Shown here: piece after piece, positions 25,215 through 38,262 of the stretch
How positions within the stretch are numbered: position 1 is the stretch's first letter
Layout: every line of letters begins with the position of its first letter
Assembly: GCF_963921235.1 (NCBI RefSeq)
Contig: NC_086108.1
Coordinates: 74,462,001-74,526,000, forward strand
DNA: 64,000 bases
Source of the DNA: Mobula hypostoma
Taxonomy: Eukaryota
Reading direction: 5' to 3'
Program-made: the position numbers and the translations under genes
Notes under the pieces: generated by a model
What the model saw: the letters and a program-made list of their open reading frames with translations, nothing else
Told to the model about the DNA's origin: nothing
The model's database searches: none

Positions 25215-25830
25215 TCACCTTCAAAGCATTAGACATTTCAACCCAAGGAAAAAGATACTGTTAGACGACTCTATCTATTCCTCTGATCATCTTATAAATA
25301 TCTATTAGATCTCCCTTCAGCCTCTGCTACTCCAGAGAAAGCGAACTTAAGTTTGTCCGATCTCTTGTTATAGCACATGCCCTCTAATCTAGGCAACATC
25401 CAGATAAACCTCTTTTACATCCTCTCCAAAGCCTTGACATCCTTCCTATAATGGGGTGACTAGAACTGTATACAATACTTCAGATGTGGTCTAATGTTTA
25501 TAAAGCTACAACTTAATTTCCTGACTTTTGAACTGAATTCCTTGACTAATAAAGTTCATATGCCATCGTAACCATCCTATCAACCTGCGTAGCCACCTTT
25601 AGGGAGTTATGAACTTGGACCCCATGATCTTCCTGCTCATCAACTTTGTTAAGTCTCATCCTTAACAATGTACTGTCTCTTTACATTTGATTTACCAGGG
25701 TGCATCACTTAATACTTGGCTGGGTTAAACTCAATCTGCTATTTCTCCGCCTATATCTGCAACTGATCTTTATCCTGCTGTATTCTTTGCCAGTCATGAT
25801 CGCTCACACCACCACCAATTTTCGTATTTA
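25215..25830 (-). mobile_element. CR1 LINE remnant
   Basis: Reverse-complement CR1 ORF2 C-terminal sequence, heavily decayed. A CR1 tail fragment lies at ~24590-24850. Confidence 0.65.
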
Positions 25831-25834
25831 CTTT

Positions 25835-26450
25835 GCAGTCCACTTCTGATCTCGTGGACTCCATGGTCTCCCCTGGAGTAACCAAATCAGACTGGGCGAT
25901 CACTTTGCAGCCCTCTAGCATTCAGTCCACAGGACTCTGAACTCCCAGTTGCATGCCACTTTACTTCTCCGTACCACTTAAGCTCTGAGCTTTACATCTT
26001 TAGACTCCTGCATTGTTAAAATGAGGCCCTGTGCTAACTTTAGGAACACCATCTAATCTTCCATTTATGCACACTTCAACCCTCATGATTTAATATTGAA
26101 TTCTACCACTTTTTTGTGTGTATTAAAATTGGTCATTTCTGTCCGTCATCATATTGGCTGTTTTTCTTACTCTATTCATATAGAATAATGCTTTTTCTGA
26201 GCATGTCCTATAGCCCCGTCATTAACAATACAGATAAAAAAACATGATGAACCTCACCTGCTGGACTCACCCTATCCTTACTATAACATGTTCTTCTCTC
26301 AATCCCTCCTCCACCTTCTTTGATACTGAAAACTAACTTGTTTTTTTTCCCTAGATGAAGGGTCCTGTAACTGAAACCATAACAATTTCTCTTTTCACAG
26401 ATCTGCCAGGAGTTGCCTGATCTGTTAAGTGTTTCCAGCATTTTTAGTTA
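25835..26450 (+). mobile_element. Old Penelope-like 3' remnant
   Basis: Decayed GIY-YIG tail (cccagttgcatgccacttta..) and terminal repeat with gatgaagggtcc..ctgaaac at ~26353-26377. Confidence 0.6.
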
Positions 26451-26454
26451 TTAT

Positions 26455-27335
26455 GCCACATGAGGCTCTATAAGGCACTCGTGAGACCACACTTGGAGCA
26501 GTGTGTGCAGTTTTGGGCTCCTTACTTTAGAAAGGATATACTGAGATTGGAGAGGGTCCAGAGATGAAGGAATGAAAGGGTTACCATATGAGGAACTTCT
26601 GGCAGCTCTTCGGCTGTATTCCCTGGAGTTCAGGAGAATGGTAGGGGGTGGGGGGGGGGACACTCATAGAAACATTCAGAATGTTAAAAGGCCTGCACAG
26701 ATTAGATTTGGCAAAGTTATTTCCCTTGGTAGGGGATTCTCGGATAAGAGGGCACAACTTTAGGATTGAAGGACGTCCTTTTAGAACTGAGACGTGGAAA
26801 AATTACTTTGAGGGTGGTAAATCTGCGGAATTTGTTGCCACGAGCGGCTGTGGAGCCCAAGTCATTGGGTGTATTTAAGGCAGAGATAGATAGGTTCTTG
26901 ATTAGCCAGGGCATCAAAGGGTATGGGTTGAAAGCAGGAGAGTGGAAATGACTGGAAGAATTGGATCAGCCTATGATTGAATGGTGGAACAGACTCAATG
27001 GGCCGAATGGCCTACTTCTGTTCCGTAGGGCTGAAATGGCTAGCACGAGAGGGCACAGTTTTAAGGTGCTTGGAAGTAGGTACAGAGGAGATGTCGGAGG
27101 TAAGTTTTTTTAAAATGCAGAGTGGTGTGTGCGTGGAATGGGCTGTCAGCGACGGTGGTGGAGGTGGATATGATAGGGTCTTTTAAAAGACTCCTGGATA
27201 GGTACATGGAGCTCAGAAAAATAGAGGGCTATTGGTAACCCTAGGTAATTTCTAAGGGAAGGATATGTTCGGCACAGCTTTGTGGGCCAAAGGCCCTGTA
27301 TCGTGCTGTAGGTTTTCTACATCTTATGGTCTTAT
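26455..27335 (+). mobile_element. Two adjacent CR1 3' fragments
   Basis: [15 protein letters not shown]; MKGLPYEELL..LYSLEFRRM. CR1 tails at ~27000 and ~27290-27335. Confidence 0.8.
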
Positions 27336-27644
27336 GAGGTTACCTGCTTTAGACCAATGGAAATGCCTATCTATAGAATCACTTCCTCTGACAAATATTA
27401 GTATTAGTTCAAGTATAAATAATCCATTGAGTCCCTGTATTTTTTTTTATATATATATAAACCATAGTCTTGCTCTTGCACAGTTGTTTTGTTTCCCACC
27501 ACAGTGAGGTACAATTTATATGCTGTATAGTCTGTACATATGTGCCTATGCCACGACTGCATTCACATTTTTCATTGTACTGTTCCTTATCGTAATGGTG
27601 CACATGACAATAAACACGACATAACTTGACTTACAGGAGTTGAT

Positions 27645-27650
27645 TTTATT
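27645..27650 (-). terminator. Candidate AKR1A1 polyadenylation signal AATAAA
   Basis: TTTATT on the + strand, ~190 nt downstream of the AKR1A1 stop codon. Confidence 0.6.
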
Positions 27651-27839
27651 TCCAAACATTTAAATTTTTGAATGAATTACTGGCAGACGAATATCTTAAA
27701 GAGTGACTACATGTTCCTTCTATATAATGCCAACACATTCAATTTTATGAGCAGAATTGGTTTACCAAACGATACAACAAATACTGAGGCAGCAATGGCT
27801 CATCCCACCATCACTAATATGGATCATGGAAGGGCATCA

Positions 27840-27905
27840 CTAATATGGATCGTGGAAAGGGTAATGTGGATGCAGTGCATCTCTTGGCACAAATTTGTCA
27901 TCAAC
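27840..27905 (-). CDS. AKR1A1: AKR1A1 last coding exon (66 nt incl. TAG)
   Basis: aacag|VDDKFVPRDALHPHYPFHDPY* vs human [21 protein letters not shown]. Confidence 0.96.
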   Translation of the reverse strand, partial: VDDKFVPRDALHPHYPFHDPY

Positions 27906-27996
27906 CTGTTAACAACAAAAAAGGAATAATTATTTAACTATTTGGAATAATGAAATTGTTGTGGGTCAATGTGGAGTGAAGGCCATGAACACCTAC

Positions 27997-28083
27997 CTTC
28001 AACTTTGGAACAATATACCGGCAGTTTCTATTGAGACTTCCAATTATTTTCATTTCATCTTCAGTCAGTGTGAAATCAAACAC
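27997..28083 (-). CDS. AKR1A1: AKR1A1 coding exon 7 (87 nt)
   Basis: ccag|[29 protein letters not shown]|gtagg. Confidence 0.96.
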
Positions 28084-28564
28084 CTGGTTGAGGACAGAGA
28101 AAACCATATAAAATAACATACCGGAGATTTCTCAGTTAACAGTGGATAAAATGATTCCTAAATAAATAAACTTTTCATGAAATAGGAACACCACTTTAAA
28201 AAAAAACAAATTGCAATTAGAGCTGGGAGAGAAAGAACATGGTAATATTTATATACTGCAAATAATCTATTCAGAATCTGTTATTCAACAATGATATCCA
28301 CAATATGGAGCTTAGGCACCAGGGGTGTAACCTCTGCCTGGATTGTCAAGAGGACACCATAAGGAACATAGTCATATATGCACAGTGAACTCAAGTTTTG
28401 AAATTGAGTTATACTGACCCAAACAAATTGAGAGGAAATGAGTTCTACTTGAGGATTGTGAGTGTGAGAAGCATCAGAAAAAGCATGTGAGTGTCACAAC
28501 AAAAAGAAGTTGGGTTTAAGCAGAATAGCCATTGTTGGAATGGCCAGGGTCCGAGCAGCAAATT

Positions 28565-29340
28565 ATAAACACAAGAGATTCCGCAGATGCCAAAAAATAC
28601 AGAGTAACACAAACAAAATGGAGGAACTCAGCAAATCAGGCAGCAGCTTTGGAAAGAAATAAAGAGTTGACATTGCAGGCAGAGATCTTTCAGCAGGACC
28701 AGAAGCCAGAATAAGAAGGTGGAAGTGGGGGAAGAAGGAGTACAAACTGGAAGGTAACAGGTGAAGCCAACTGAGGTAGAAGGTAGGTGAATGGGTTGAT
28801 GTGAGCAGCTGGGAGGAGATGGGTACAAAAGGCAAGGACTGAGGAAAAAGGAATCTCATAGGAGAGGAGAGGAGAATAGACTATGGGAGAAAGGGGAGAA
28901 GGAGATACCAGAGGGAGATAGGCAGGTGAGGAGAAAAGATGGGGTGATAGGGGTGTCAGAATAGGTAATGGAAGACAGGAGAAGGGGAAGAGGGATAAAT
29001 TACTGGAAGCAGGAGAAATTGATGTTTATGTTGTCAGGTTGGAGGCTATCCAAACATTTGAGGCATGCTTCCCCAACCTGAGAGTGGTCTCACCATGGCA
29101 GTAGGTGAGACCATGGACCAACATATCGGAATGGGAATGAGGAATGGAATTAGAATGTTCCCGCAAAGGGACAGAATTCTTCTTGTCCTTATCTACCACC
29201 CTATGAGCCTCCACATTTGGTACATCATTCTCCACAACTTATGGCATCCTACCAAACAGATCTTTACCCCCCCCCCATTCTCTGCTTTCCACAAGGATTC
29301 TCTCCATGATTCCATTGTCCACCCATCCTTGACCACTGAT
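28565..29340 (-). mobile_element. Penelope-like 3' remnant (minus strand) with a short plus-strand internal piece at ~29150-29340
   Basis: Reverse complement of the Penelope terminal repeat and NSIPHSHSDM GIY-YIG tail, homologous to 12450-13027. Confidence 0.75.
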
Positions 29341-30062
29341 GAATGGACAAGGAATCATGGGTGAGGACAGATGCACTAGGGTTAGAGTGGACATAGTTAG
29401 AGTGAAGAGTTCGCCTCAAGAGGCTTCACTGAAAAGAATTGGAGGTTGAGTTGAGTTTCCGCAAGTTTGTCCTTCTTTACTATTGCACAGATCGAGCAGC
29501 GAAAATGGAACCCAGGACACTGTTTTGTTCCTCTTGTATGATGTGACAAGTCCAGTGTCCCCGATGACTACACCTGTGAGAAGTGCATTCGTCTGCAGCT
29601 CCTTGCAGACCATGTTAGGGAACTGGAGCAGGATGACCTACAAATCATTCAGGAGGAGAAGTTGATAGACAAGAGCGACGGGGTAGTCACATCCAAGTTG
29701 CAGGAGGCAGGTTGCTGGGTGACTGTCAGAAGGAAAGAAAACAGGCAGACAGTACAGAGTGGCAATTTCCTGAATAATAAGTATACTGCTTTGGATATTG
29801 TTGGTGGGGACAGGAAGGGGCAAGAAAAAGGACCTACCAGAGGCACTGAATCTGGCTCTGTGGCTCAGAAGAAGAAAAAGGAGAAGAGGAGAATAGTGGT
29901 TATATGGAATGCAATAGTTAGGGGAACAGACAGGCATTTCTGTGGATGACACAGATACTCCAGGATAGTATGTTGCCTTCCAGGTGCCAGGGTCAGGGAC
30001 ATCTCAGATCAAGTCCAGAGCATTCTTGAGGTGCAGGGTGAGTAGCCAGAAGCTTTGGTACA
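29340..30062 (+). mobile_element. CR1 LINE 5' end / ORF1 remnant (Cys-rich finger + SGNH esterase-like)
   Basis: DDYTCEKCIRLQLL..; RRIVVIWNAIVRGTDRHFCG; VCCLPGARVRDISDQVQSIL. Confidence 0.75.
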
Positions 30063-30579
30063 TAGAACAGTAGACACCACACCTAGAACAAGCCATTGCC
30101 TTTAAGTGTGATTATTTAATACGTGCTCTGCTTCAGTTGTAACCATTTCTCACATGGAAAATAGGGTTGGTTAGTAGGAAACAAATGCAAGTATTGAATT
30201 ACAATGATAAAAATGAAATATAGGTAGAAATCATCTTGCATCCCAGAGAGAGTTGCTCAAACAGGTGAAATGCAAAGCTATGATACTAATATTCTAAGTG
30301 GCACATGAGCAAAGTCTGGATATACTTTATTCAACTCTGGAAAAAAGCAAAATCATTCAGGAGACAATTGGTTGCTACAAACGATAAAGATTTTAAATTT
30401 TCCACTGCATGAATCAATTAACAAGAGCTGAATAAATCATCTCACTGTTAATCAACTTTCAGAAGACAGTAGGGATTACTGTGTCAAAAAAAAACTTTCT
30501 AAAGCCATTGGATTTTCAATCCTAACATTTACTAGTCATGAAATAATGAGCGACACTCACTGGCTAAGTATCAAGTTAC

Positions 30580-30652
30580 CTGCAGGTTCTGTGCAATTCG
30601 TTCTGCATTGACACTCTTGGGAATGGCTACTACCCCACGCTGTACCTGCCAC
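30580..30652 (-). CDS. AKR1A1: AKR1A1 coding exon 6 (73 nt)
   Basis: atag|(R)WQVQRGVVAIPKSVNAERIAQNLQ|gtaac. IPKS cofactor-binding motif. Confidence 0.96.
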
Positions 30653-30859
30653 CTATAGAGAGAAATATTTTAATGGATACAAAAAAGCTTATTCATTAAC
30701 TAAAATTCATTAGTCAATCATAAAGGAAGACAACAGACATCTACATTTGAAAAAGATTGCAAAGGTTGCAGAGGCTTTCTGGATAAAAAGTATTCTTTTT
30801 GTAAAAAAAATTCCAAATTCAAAATGTAATCCTTTATACACATTAAGATATGTAGAATA

Positions 30860-33190
30860 ATATTCTGTGTCAAGGACCTATGAAAGCCTGCTCATTCCCA
30901 ATAAGTGGTAAAAATGTGATAAAGTTGCTGCAGCTGAATCTTTAATGATGCAAGAGAGATTTTTGTTAAGCTGAATATTGAGAGCCATATTAGAAGCCTC
31001 TTTGTATTTAGGTGGATAAATTACTTTGGAGAAAAGGGAGGAATTGCAGAAGCCCTAGTAACAATCTTGGTGCCTGAAGAATGGAAACTTGCAGATCTTA
31101 TAGGATGTAGGGAGATGTTCAGTGATGTGAGACAAGTTGATGACACATTAGATGGTGGGGAAAAGTTTAGGAGCATAAATTAGGGCAAAATTACCAGTTA
31201 CTTGGAAGGATATGGGTTTGATGAAGGCAATTTGTGTCTAACTAACTTTAAGGTTTTATATGAGATGATTGAAGCTGACAAGGCAAATAACAAAAACAAA
31301 GTTACAAGGACAGGGAATAAACGGGGCTCTAGCAGCACATACAGTAAACTGTAATAGGAAACAGCGATGAAAGGTTGTTTTCGGACTAAAGGAAACCATA
31401 CAATGGAGTTACAGAGGGATTAGTGCTGGACCTACTGCAGATCTGACACATTAATGAGTAGAATTAGTATATACACAGTAGCTACTTTATTAGGTATCCA
31501 TTTATCCTAATAGCTATTGAATGAATGTTCATGGTCTTCTGCTGCTGTACCACATCCCCTTCAAGGTTTGAAGTGCTGTGTGTATAGAGATGCTCTTCTG
31601 CACAACCACTGCTGTAATGCGTGGTTACTTGAGCTACTGTCGTCTTGTCAGTTTGAATCAGTCTGGCCATTCTCTGACCTCTCATTAACAAGGTGTTTTT
31701 GCCCACAGAACTGCCACTCACTGGATATTTTTTGTTTTTCACACCATTCTCTGTAAACTCTGGAGATTGTTGTGTATGAAAATCCAAAGAAATCAGCAGT
31801 TTTTGATATACTCAAACCACTCCATTTGGCACCAACAATCATTCCTTGGTCAAAATCACCTTTCTTCCCCATTCTGATGTTTGGTCTGAACAACAATGTC
31901 TGCATGCTTTCATGCATTGAGCTGCTGCCACTTGATTGACTGATTGGATATTTGCAATAACGTGCAGGTGTATCTATTATGGTGAGCCGATAAAGGACAA
32001 CTTGCAAACTTTGTGTTACCTGCAGATATGGAAGCCAAGTGAATTGAGGTGGATGACCATAGATGTCAAGGAGGAATTGATAGAAAATGAAACCAGAATA
32101 CCGACAAATGTTATGATACATTTTGGTTGGAGAACGAGGCTATACAATTTAGAGGGCATATTTCTAAAGCAAGTGCAAGAAGAAAAGAAATTTAGAAGTA
32201 TTTGTAGTTCTTAATAGAGTAGGCTGAGGAAATGATTAAAATAAAAAACAGGTGGGATCCTAGGCTTTATTAATAGAGGCAGAAAATATGACAGCAAGAA
32301 GCCACAATGAACCTTTACAAAATACTGTTTTGGCCACAACTGGTATAAATGTGGGCACTTGGAAGGATGTGAAGAGTTGGAGGAAACAGGAAATTTCTAA
32401 TTATATTATGATTCTAACTTTGAGGGACCCTAGTTATATGTATAGAGGTGGGTGAGGATATCTAGTACTATTAAAGTTATGAAGGATTTCATAGCAGTGA
32501 GCATATAACATTGTTATCAGGAGATACTTTTAATGGTACTTCACTTTGCACCAGGAATGAATTTTCAGAAACAAGAGAAAATCTGCAGATGCTGGAAATC
32601 CAAGCAATACACAAAATGATGGAGGAACTCAGCAGGTCCGGCAGCATTTTGTGTTATGGGTTTTAGAAGTTCAGATTTCCTTACCCAAGGAAGGATGTGC
32701 TTGGCGTGGAAGCTGAGCAGCAAACATTCAGAAGACTATTCTAGGATAGCAGGACTGTCTAGTGAAGAGAGATTGGGGTGATTAGGCTGAGTGTCAGGAG
32801 TTTAGAAAAATGAGAACATTGAAACTTATAAAATTCTGACTGGACTGGACAGACAAGATGCAAAGAGGATGTTTTCAAAAAGCATGAAAGCTTAAAACTA
32901 AGGTGCTGAACCTAAGGATACAGGGCAGATTATTTTGGACTTACAAGGAGGAACTTATTCACCCAGATACTGGTGACCCTATGGATTCTCTACAGCAGTC
33001 AGCTTCTGACTGAATACTTAAATTGAATACATTTAAGAGTTTTAGACATGGTCCTAATGGCCAAAGAGATCAAAGAATATGAGGAGAAATCAAGGACAGG
33101 GTTTAGAATTGGGATAATCAACCATGATCATATTGTAAAATGGAACAGGCTCAAAGGCCAAAGTCCTACTCCAAACTTCTATGGTTTTAT
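30860..33190 (+). mobile_element. Old, highly decayed CR1 ORF2 remnant(s) with nested Tc1 and Penelope pieces
   Basis: Scattered CR1 RT-like sequence and a CR1 tail near 33100-33190. Penelope terminal repeat at ~32570-32655. Confidence 0.55.
31473..31990 (-). mobile_element. Non-autonomous Tc1-like element
   Basis: TIR-like cacagtagctactttattaggta. Minus-strand HTH fragment MGKKGDFDQGMIVGAKWSGLSISKTADFFGFSYTTISRVYREW. Confidence 0.75.
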
Positions 33191-33950
33191 GTTAAAAACG
33201 TAGAAAGACTTTATTTAAATCCCCATTCCCTACTGAGATGGGAATTCAAATTTCTAGATGCAGGACCAGAGTTACAGTATTAAATGGGGATTCTCATGTT
33301 ATCTCCCCATCCCCCCAACCCCCCCAGCATGGGCACATTTTATTCAAACAGTTAGTGCACATCTAAAATAATTAGTTCTGATCATGACAGAAACATTTTA
33401 AGAGCTGACAGGATTCTTTTGGAATCAATGTGCCTGTAATTATAGAATCTTTTGAGACTTTCAAGCTGCAGAAAAGAATCATTGATGGCCCGAAACCTTA
33501 TTTGGAAGTCAAGCAGCAGGGCTCTTTGGGCAAAGTTTTTAGTGTTTTTACAGTTCCAAGCTCTCAGATGGTAACCTGGCTTTTATGTATCAAAAATATT
33601 CTCAACACATAGATGGATGCACTTCTGCAAAAAGAGTGTGGAGAAAATAACCACAAGAACAAGTAGCATTAGCAATTTTAAAAATTGCATTTGGAGAGGG
33701 GGAAAATTTCTCTCATAGGCAGACTCCACAGCTACATATCCATGTTGATGTGAATCGATATAGTTGTCACTTTCTCTTTGATGCCTGATAACTATTCAAA
33801 TCTTCTGGAATCACCAAAAATATATGAATTCTTCCTGACGGTCATTCTTGTTTCTTATAATAAATAAATTAATGTGTTATTTATTTTGTGCTGTGTTTAT
33901 TGATTTAACTTATTTAAAGCCTCATGTTTACTGATTTTAAACTCTTGTAC

Positions 33951-34150
33951 CTAAGCAGCACTTGAGCGGGTGATTTTCCATGCTTATTGGCTATTGCTTT
34001 AATACCAGAATCTTCAAGTAACACTGGTTCATCTGTGTCTTTCCACGTACGATTAAAGGAACCAAGTGGACTATAGGCAGTCACTTTCAATCCAAGTTTC
34101 TGGCAATGCCCAATCAGTTCATTCTGAGCCAAGTATGGATGACACTCTAC
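33951..34150 (-). CDS. AKR1A1: AKR1A1 coding exon 5 (200 nt)
   Basis: acag|[67 protein letters not shown]|gtac. Confidence 0.97.
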
Positions 34151-34545
34151 CTGTGTAAGACAGAATGAAATGCCTTAGAAAGAAATGCTATGAATAATGT
34201 AATCAGGACTTGTGATGTTGGATCTAAAGACATTTTGATTTAAATGAAAGATTATTTGTCAAATGCCCTCAGCAAGAAAATGAAGTCCACTTAACGGATT
34301 TTTTGTTCAAATGTCGGCAAACCATCAAAATTAGTTCATTATGGAAATTATTGGTCATAGGCACTTTGTATGAAAAATAATTAACAGCAATGTGTACCTG
34401 CGTATTTAGTTCAAGCAGTTTCTTTGTTCTATTGATTTCATAATACATTATTCAGATGTGCAATAGTAATGATTTTGCGGAAGTGATACAGGTTATATAC
34501 AACTAATTCACTGGCAAGCACTTCAATTAAAGTAAAATTTCTAAC

Positions 34546-34741
34546 CTGCAGCACTGATGGCTTGATAGTAGCTGCAGCAAAAACATCATCTATCTGTCGA
34601 CTGTTGAAGTTTGAGAGGCCAATAGCTTTCACCAAGCCCTTTTCTACTAATTTCTCCATAGCTTTCCAAGTTTCCTTATAATCAATATAATCATACTGTA
34701 TTGTTCCATCAGGATTCACTGGGAAGGGGTTGTCACCTTTT
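34546..34741 (-). CDS. AKR1A1: AKR1A1 coding exon 4 (196 nt)
   Basis: gcag|(Q)[65 protein letters not shown]|gttag. Confidence 0.97.
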
Positions 34742-35045
34742 CTGCAAATAAAATTTATTGTTCAAAACATGAAGCACACACAATTTAGACACCAATAAAT
34801 AGAAAACTTGCATCTTATTAAAATTATAGTTATTTAAAACGTTCAAAAATTCATCGCTGGAGATACAATGAATACAAAACCATTGTGATAAAATCCTATG
34901 AAAATTTTAAAAGGCAAGGAGCATGTTACAATTTGGAAAAAATAAAATTTTCATCCGTATGCAATTTACAAAATTAAAATCACATTTTTCCAAAAACAAA
35001 ATCCTCCAAACTGCACAAAAAATTAAGATATAAACTATACTTTAC

Positions 35046-35197
35046 TGAAAGGCATAAGGCCAATGGATCAAGTATAAATCCAGGTAAGTGAGCTTCAGGT
35101 CTTCCAAAGATTTGCGACAAGCAGCTTCCACATCTTCAGGATGATGCTTATTATTCCACAGCTTGGAGGTTACAAAAAGTTCTTCACGTTTCACAAT
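35046..35197 (-). CDS. AKR1A1: AKR1A1 coding exon 3 (152 nt; catalytic Lys and His)
   Basis: gtag|[50 protein letters not shown]|gtaaa. Confidence 0.97.
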
Positions 35198-35279
35198 CTA
35201 CAAAAGTAAATGTATGTGATAAAACAAGCTAAATCCCTTGGTTAGTTTGGATATCCAATCAATTTCATATTGTCAAATA

Positions 35280-36171
35280 CAGTCAGCCCTCCTTACCTAC
35301 GAGGGATTGGTTCCAGATCCCCTCGCGGATACCAAAAAACGCGGATGCTCAAGTCCCTTATCGACCTGACTCAATGTGGTGGACCTTAGGACCCAGCGGA
35401 ACCCTGGACCTTATTTAACCTGTCTTAGTTTGGTGGGCATTAGGACACGGCGGTGGAGCTCTGAATCCGCAGTGTTTCTGTTCACGAAAATAGTCACGAT
35501 CACGATTGAAAATAAAGTGGAACTAATAAAGTGATCAGAAAGAGGTGAAACGCCATCGGTCATTGGAAAAGCATTAGGCTACAGTCGGTCAACGATCGGA
35601 ACAATTTTAAAGGATAAAATGAGAAAGGCCCTGGCTGATTAAAACTACAATTATTACTAGGCAACACAGTGGTTTAATGTTGGGTTTTGGGGTTTTGATC
35701 CTCTATATCAACCCGGCAGGGATGGACAGCGCGCTCGGGAGTGATCTGTCACTGGATTGAACTCTGAAACATACGTTTCAGCCCAGCGTATTTTACATGC
35801 ATGGAAAGGTAAAATATATACTATATACTAAGACAAACGTTTGACTAACTGACACTAAGTAATACTGGATGTACCTGTTCCGACTTACTTAGTAAGAGAA
35901 CTTATAGTTTTTTTTTCGNNNNNNNNNNNNNNNNNNNNNNNNNNNNNNNNNNNNNNNNNNNNNNNNNNNNNNNNNNNNNNNNNNNNNNNNNNNNNNNNNN
36001 NNNNNNNNNNNNNNNNNNNNNNNNNNNNNNNNNNNNNNNNNNNNNNNNNNNNNNNNNNNNNNNNNNNNNNNNNNNNNNNNNNNNNNNNNNGGAAGAGAAC
36101 TTCCGGGTTTTCTCAATTCACGGTTGGTTGAATTCGCACATGCGGAACTCGTGGATAAGGAGAGCCGACTG
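35280..36171 (+). mobile_element. Tigger/pogo-family non-autonomous element (contains an assembly gap)
   Basis: TA|CAGTCAGCCCTCCTTA ... TAAGGAGAGCCGACTG|TA. HTH fragment TIENKVELIK..ERGETPSVIGKALGYSRSTIGTILKDK. Confidence 0.85.
35919..36090. other. Assembly gap (172 N)
   Basis: Run of N. Confidence 1.
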
Positions 36172-36879
36172 TATCTGAATGCTTAGAATCAAAAAGTCCA
36201 ATCATTTTGAATAATTTACTTGCAAAAGTTGCAATGCAACCAAAATATTTAATACTGTCATGTCATTTTCACTAATAAAATAACATGAAACATTTGTTGT
36301 GGAATAGAACAGCCTTTCTTTTTTTTTGTACAAGACCAGGAACAAGCTTTCAGTCAAGTTATTTTTTAGCTAAAATAAACCACTACAAATCAACACAACA
36401 TAAAATGTTGGAGGAACTCAGCAGGCCTGGCAGCATCTATGGAAAAGAGAAGGAGGCGGCCATGGATGGACATCCACTGTTATGAGGATTCAGTTGAGGC
36501 TCTCCCCAAGGCTCCGGAGATGCCATGAAAATTCTGAGATATATGGTTGGACTGTAGCTCAACCCAACTATAGTTCATAATGGCCTCTTCAATGCTATTT
36601 TTTCACGTTCTTGCCCATTCTTTCTCGTTGCCAATTGGTGGCTGAGGGTTTGGGGTTTGACGTTCTTATTGCTGTTTCTCTGTATGAGTGACATTAGTTT
36701 TTGTGCGAGGGAGGGGTTGGAGGGGTTTGGGTTTTGTGAGTTTTTGTTTCTTTTTCTTTTCATGTGTGGGGGGGATTGATGTCTTTTCTTTCAACTACTT
36801 CTATGATCTTACTGTATTTTATGGCCATCTGGAGAAGACAAATCTCAGAGATGTATTCTGCATACACACTTTGACCCTG

Positions 36880-37870
36880 AGAATCAACAACTGCAACTGT
36901 ATCCTTGACTTCCTGACCATCAGTAAGATGAAGTAGCAACTCCCACAACACAACTATTTTAAACACTGGTGCTCCACAATGTTAAAACCTCTCAGCCCCT
37001 ATTCTGCTCCCTGTACACTTGTGACTGTATAGCCAGATTGTGCTCTAATTCTATCTACAAATTTGCAGACAATACTGCTAGTGGGCCATAGCTGAAATAA
37101 TGACGAGACAGTGTATAGGAAGGATATAGAGAGCTTAATAATATGGTGTCATGACAACAATCATTTCCTTAATGTCAGGAAGACAAAAGGGCTGGTCAGT
37201 GACTTCAGAAAGGGGGTGTGCACATGCTCCTGTCCATATCAACAGTGTTGAAATTTCAACTTCCTAGGAGTGAACATCACCAATAGCCTGCCCTGGTTCC
37301 ACCATGTTGACATCACAGCCAGGAAAACTCATTACTGCCTCTACTTCCTTTGGAGGCTAAAGAAATTCCTCATGTCCCCATTAACTATTACCAATTTTTA
37401 ATCCATGCACTAGAGAAAACATTTTATCTGGATGTATAACAGCATGGAATAGCAACTGTTCTGCCTGTAATTGCAGCTGCATGAAATTGTAGATAGCTAT
37501 GAACACAGCTCAAGAAAATTACAGATACCAACCTCCCCTCCATAGACCTTCTATACATTTCTTGCTATCTCAGTAGAGCAGCCAGGATAATCAAGGACCT
37601 CATCCAGGCAGACGATCCAAGACCAACTCAAGTATAGTTTCTACCCCACTGTTAAAAGACAATTAAATTGTTCACTGGTTCAGGATGATGAACCCTACCT
37701 CATTATGATATTGCACCTTATTGTTCACCAGCACTTTCACTATAGCTGTTAAATTCTTTATTCTGCATTATTTTACCCTGTACTACTTCCATGCACTGTA
37801 TCATGATTGGGTCTGTATGAACAAACTTTTCACTGTATTTCGGTACATTTGACCATAATGAACCAATTCC
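36880..37870 (+). mobile_element. Old Rex1/L2-group LINE remnant
   Basis: Decayed GAPQ..LSPLFCSLYTCDC..KFADNT RT core and a 3' UTR. Confidence 0.7.
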
Positions 37871-38142
37871 AAAAAGAATTCTTAATAATATGAAAATCCT
37901 CAAGTTAAATTATTATCTGATTTTTAACCTGGATCCACAAATTTGCAATTAAATAATTGCAGTGATACATTCAATTGCAGAGTTCTATCTATATACTTTA
38001 ATGGGGAAAGACATGGTACATGGCTCGTTGCACTTATTCTAGAAGATGGATTCTTGCATGTCATTTTTTGAAGGATACTTCCAAACACAAATTTGTGCAA
38101 TGTGATTCATATCCACGCAACATTTAATTTCTTAGATCATAC

Positions 38143-38262
38143 CTTGTCAACGCCAACTACTTCTTTAAAGAGGTCTCCAATTTCAGCTTCATTATTGTAC
38201 ACTGTAGCACAGTCCACATGACGATAACCACTCTTTAATGCATTCAGGATAGCTGTTTTTAC
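38143..38262 (-). CDS. AKR1A1: AKR1A1 coding exon 2 (120 nt; catalytic Asp and Tyr)
   Basis: ctaag|[40 protein letters not shown]|gtatg. Confidence 0.97.

Noticed and set aside
35041-35045. Alternative donor 5 nt downstream for AKR1A1 coding exon 3
   Set aside because: Gives 157 nt and breaks the frame. The 152-nt exon matches phase and the orthologous length.
35889-36116. ORFs containing long X runs (also 55842-56340)
   Set aside because: Artefacts of N gaps.
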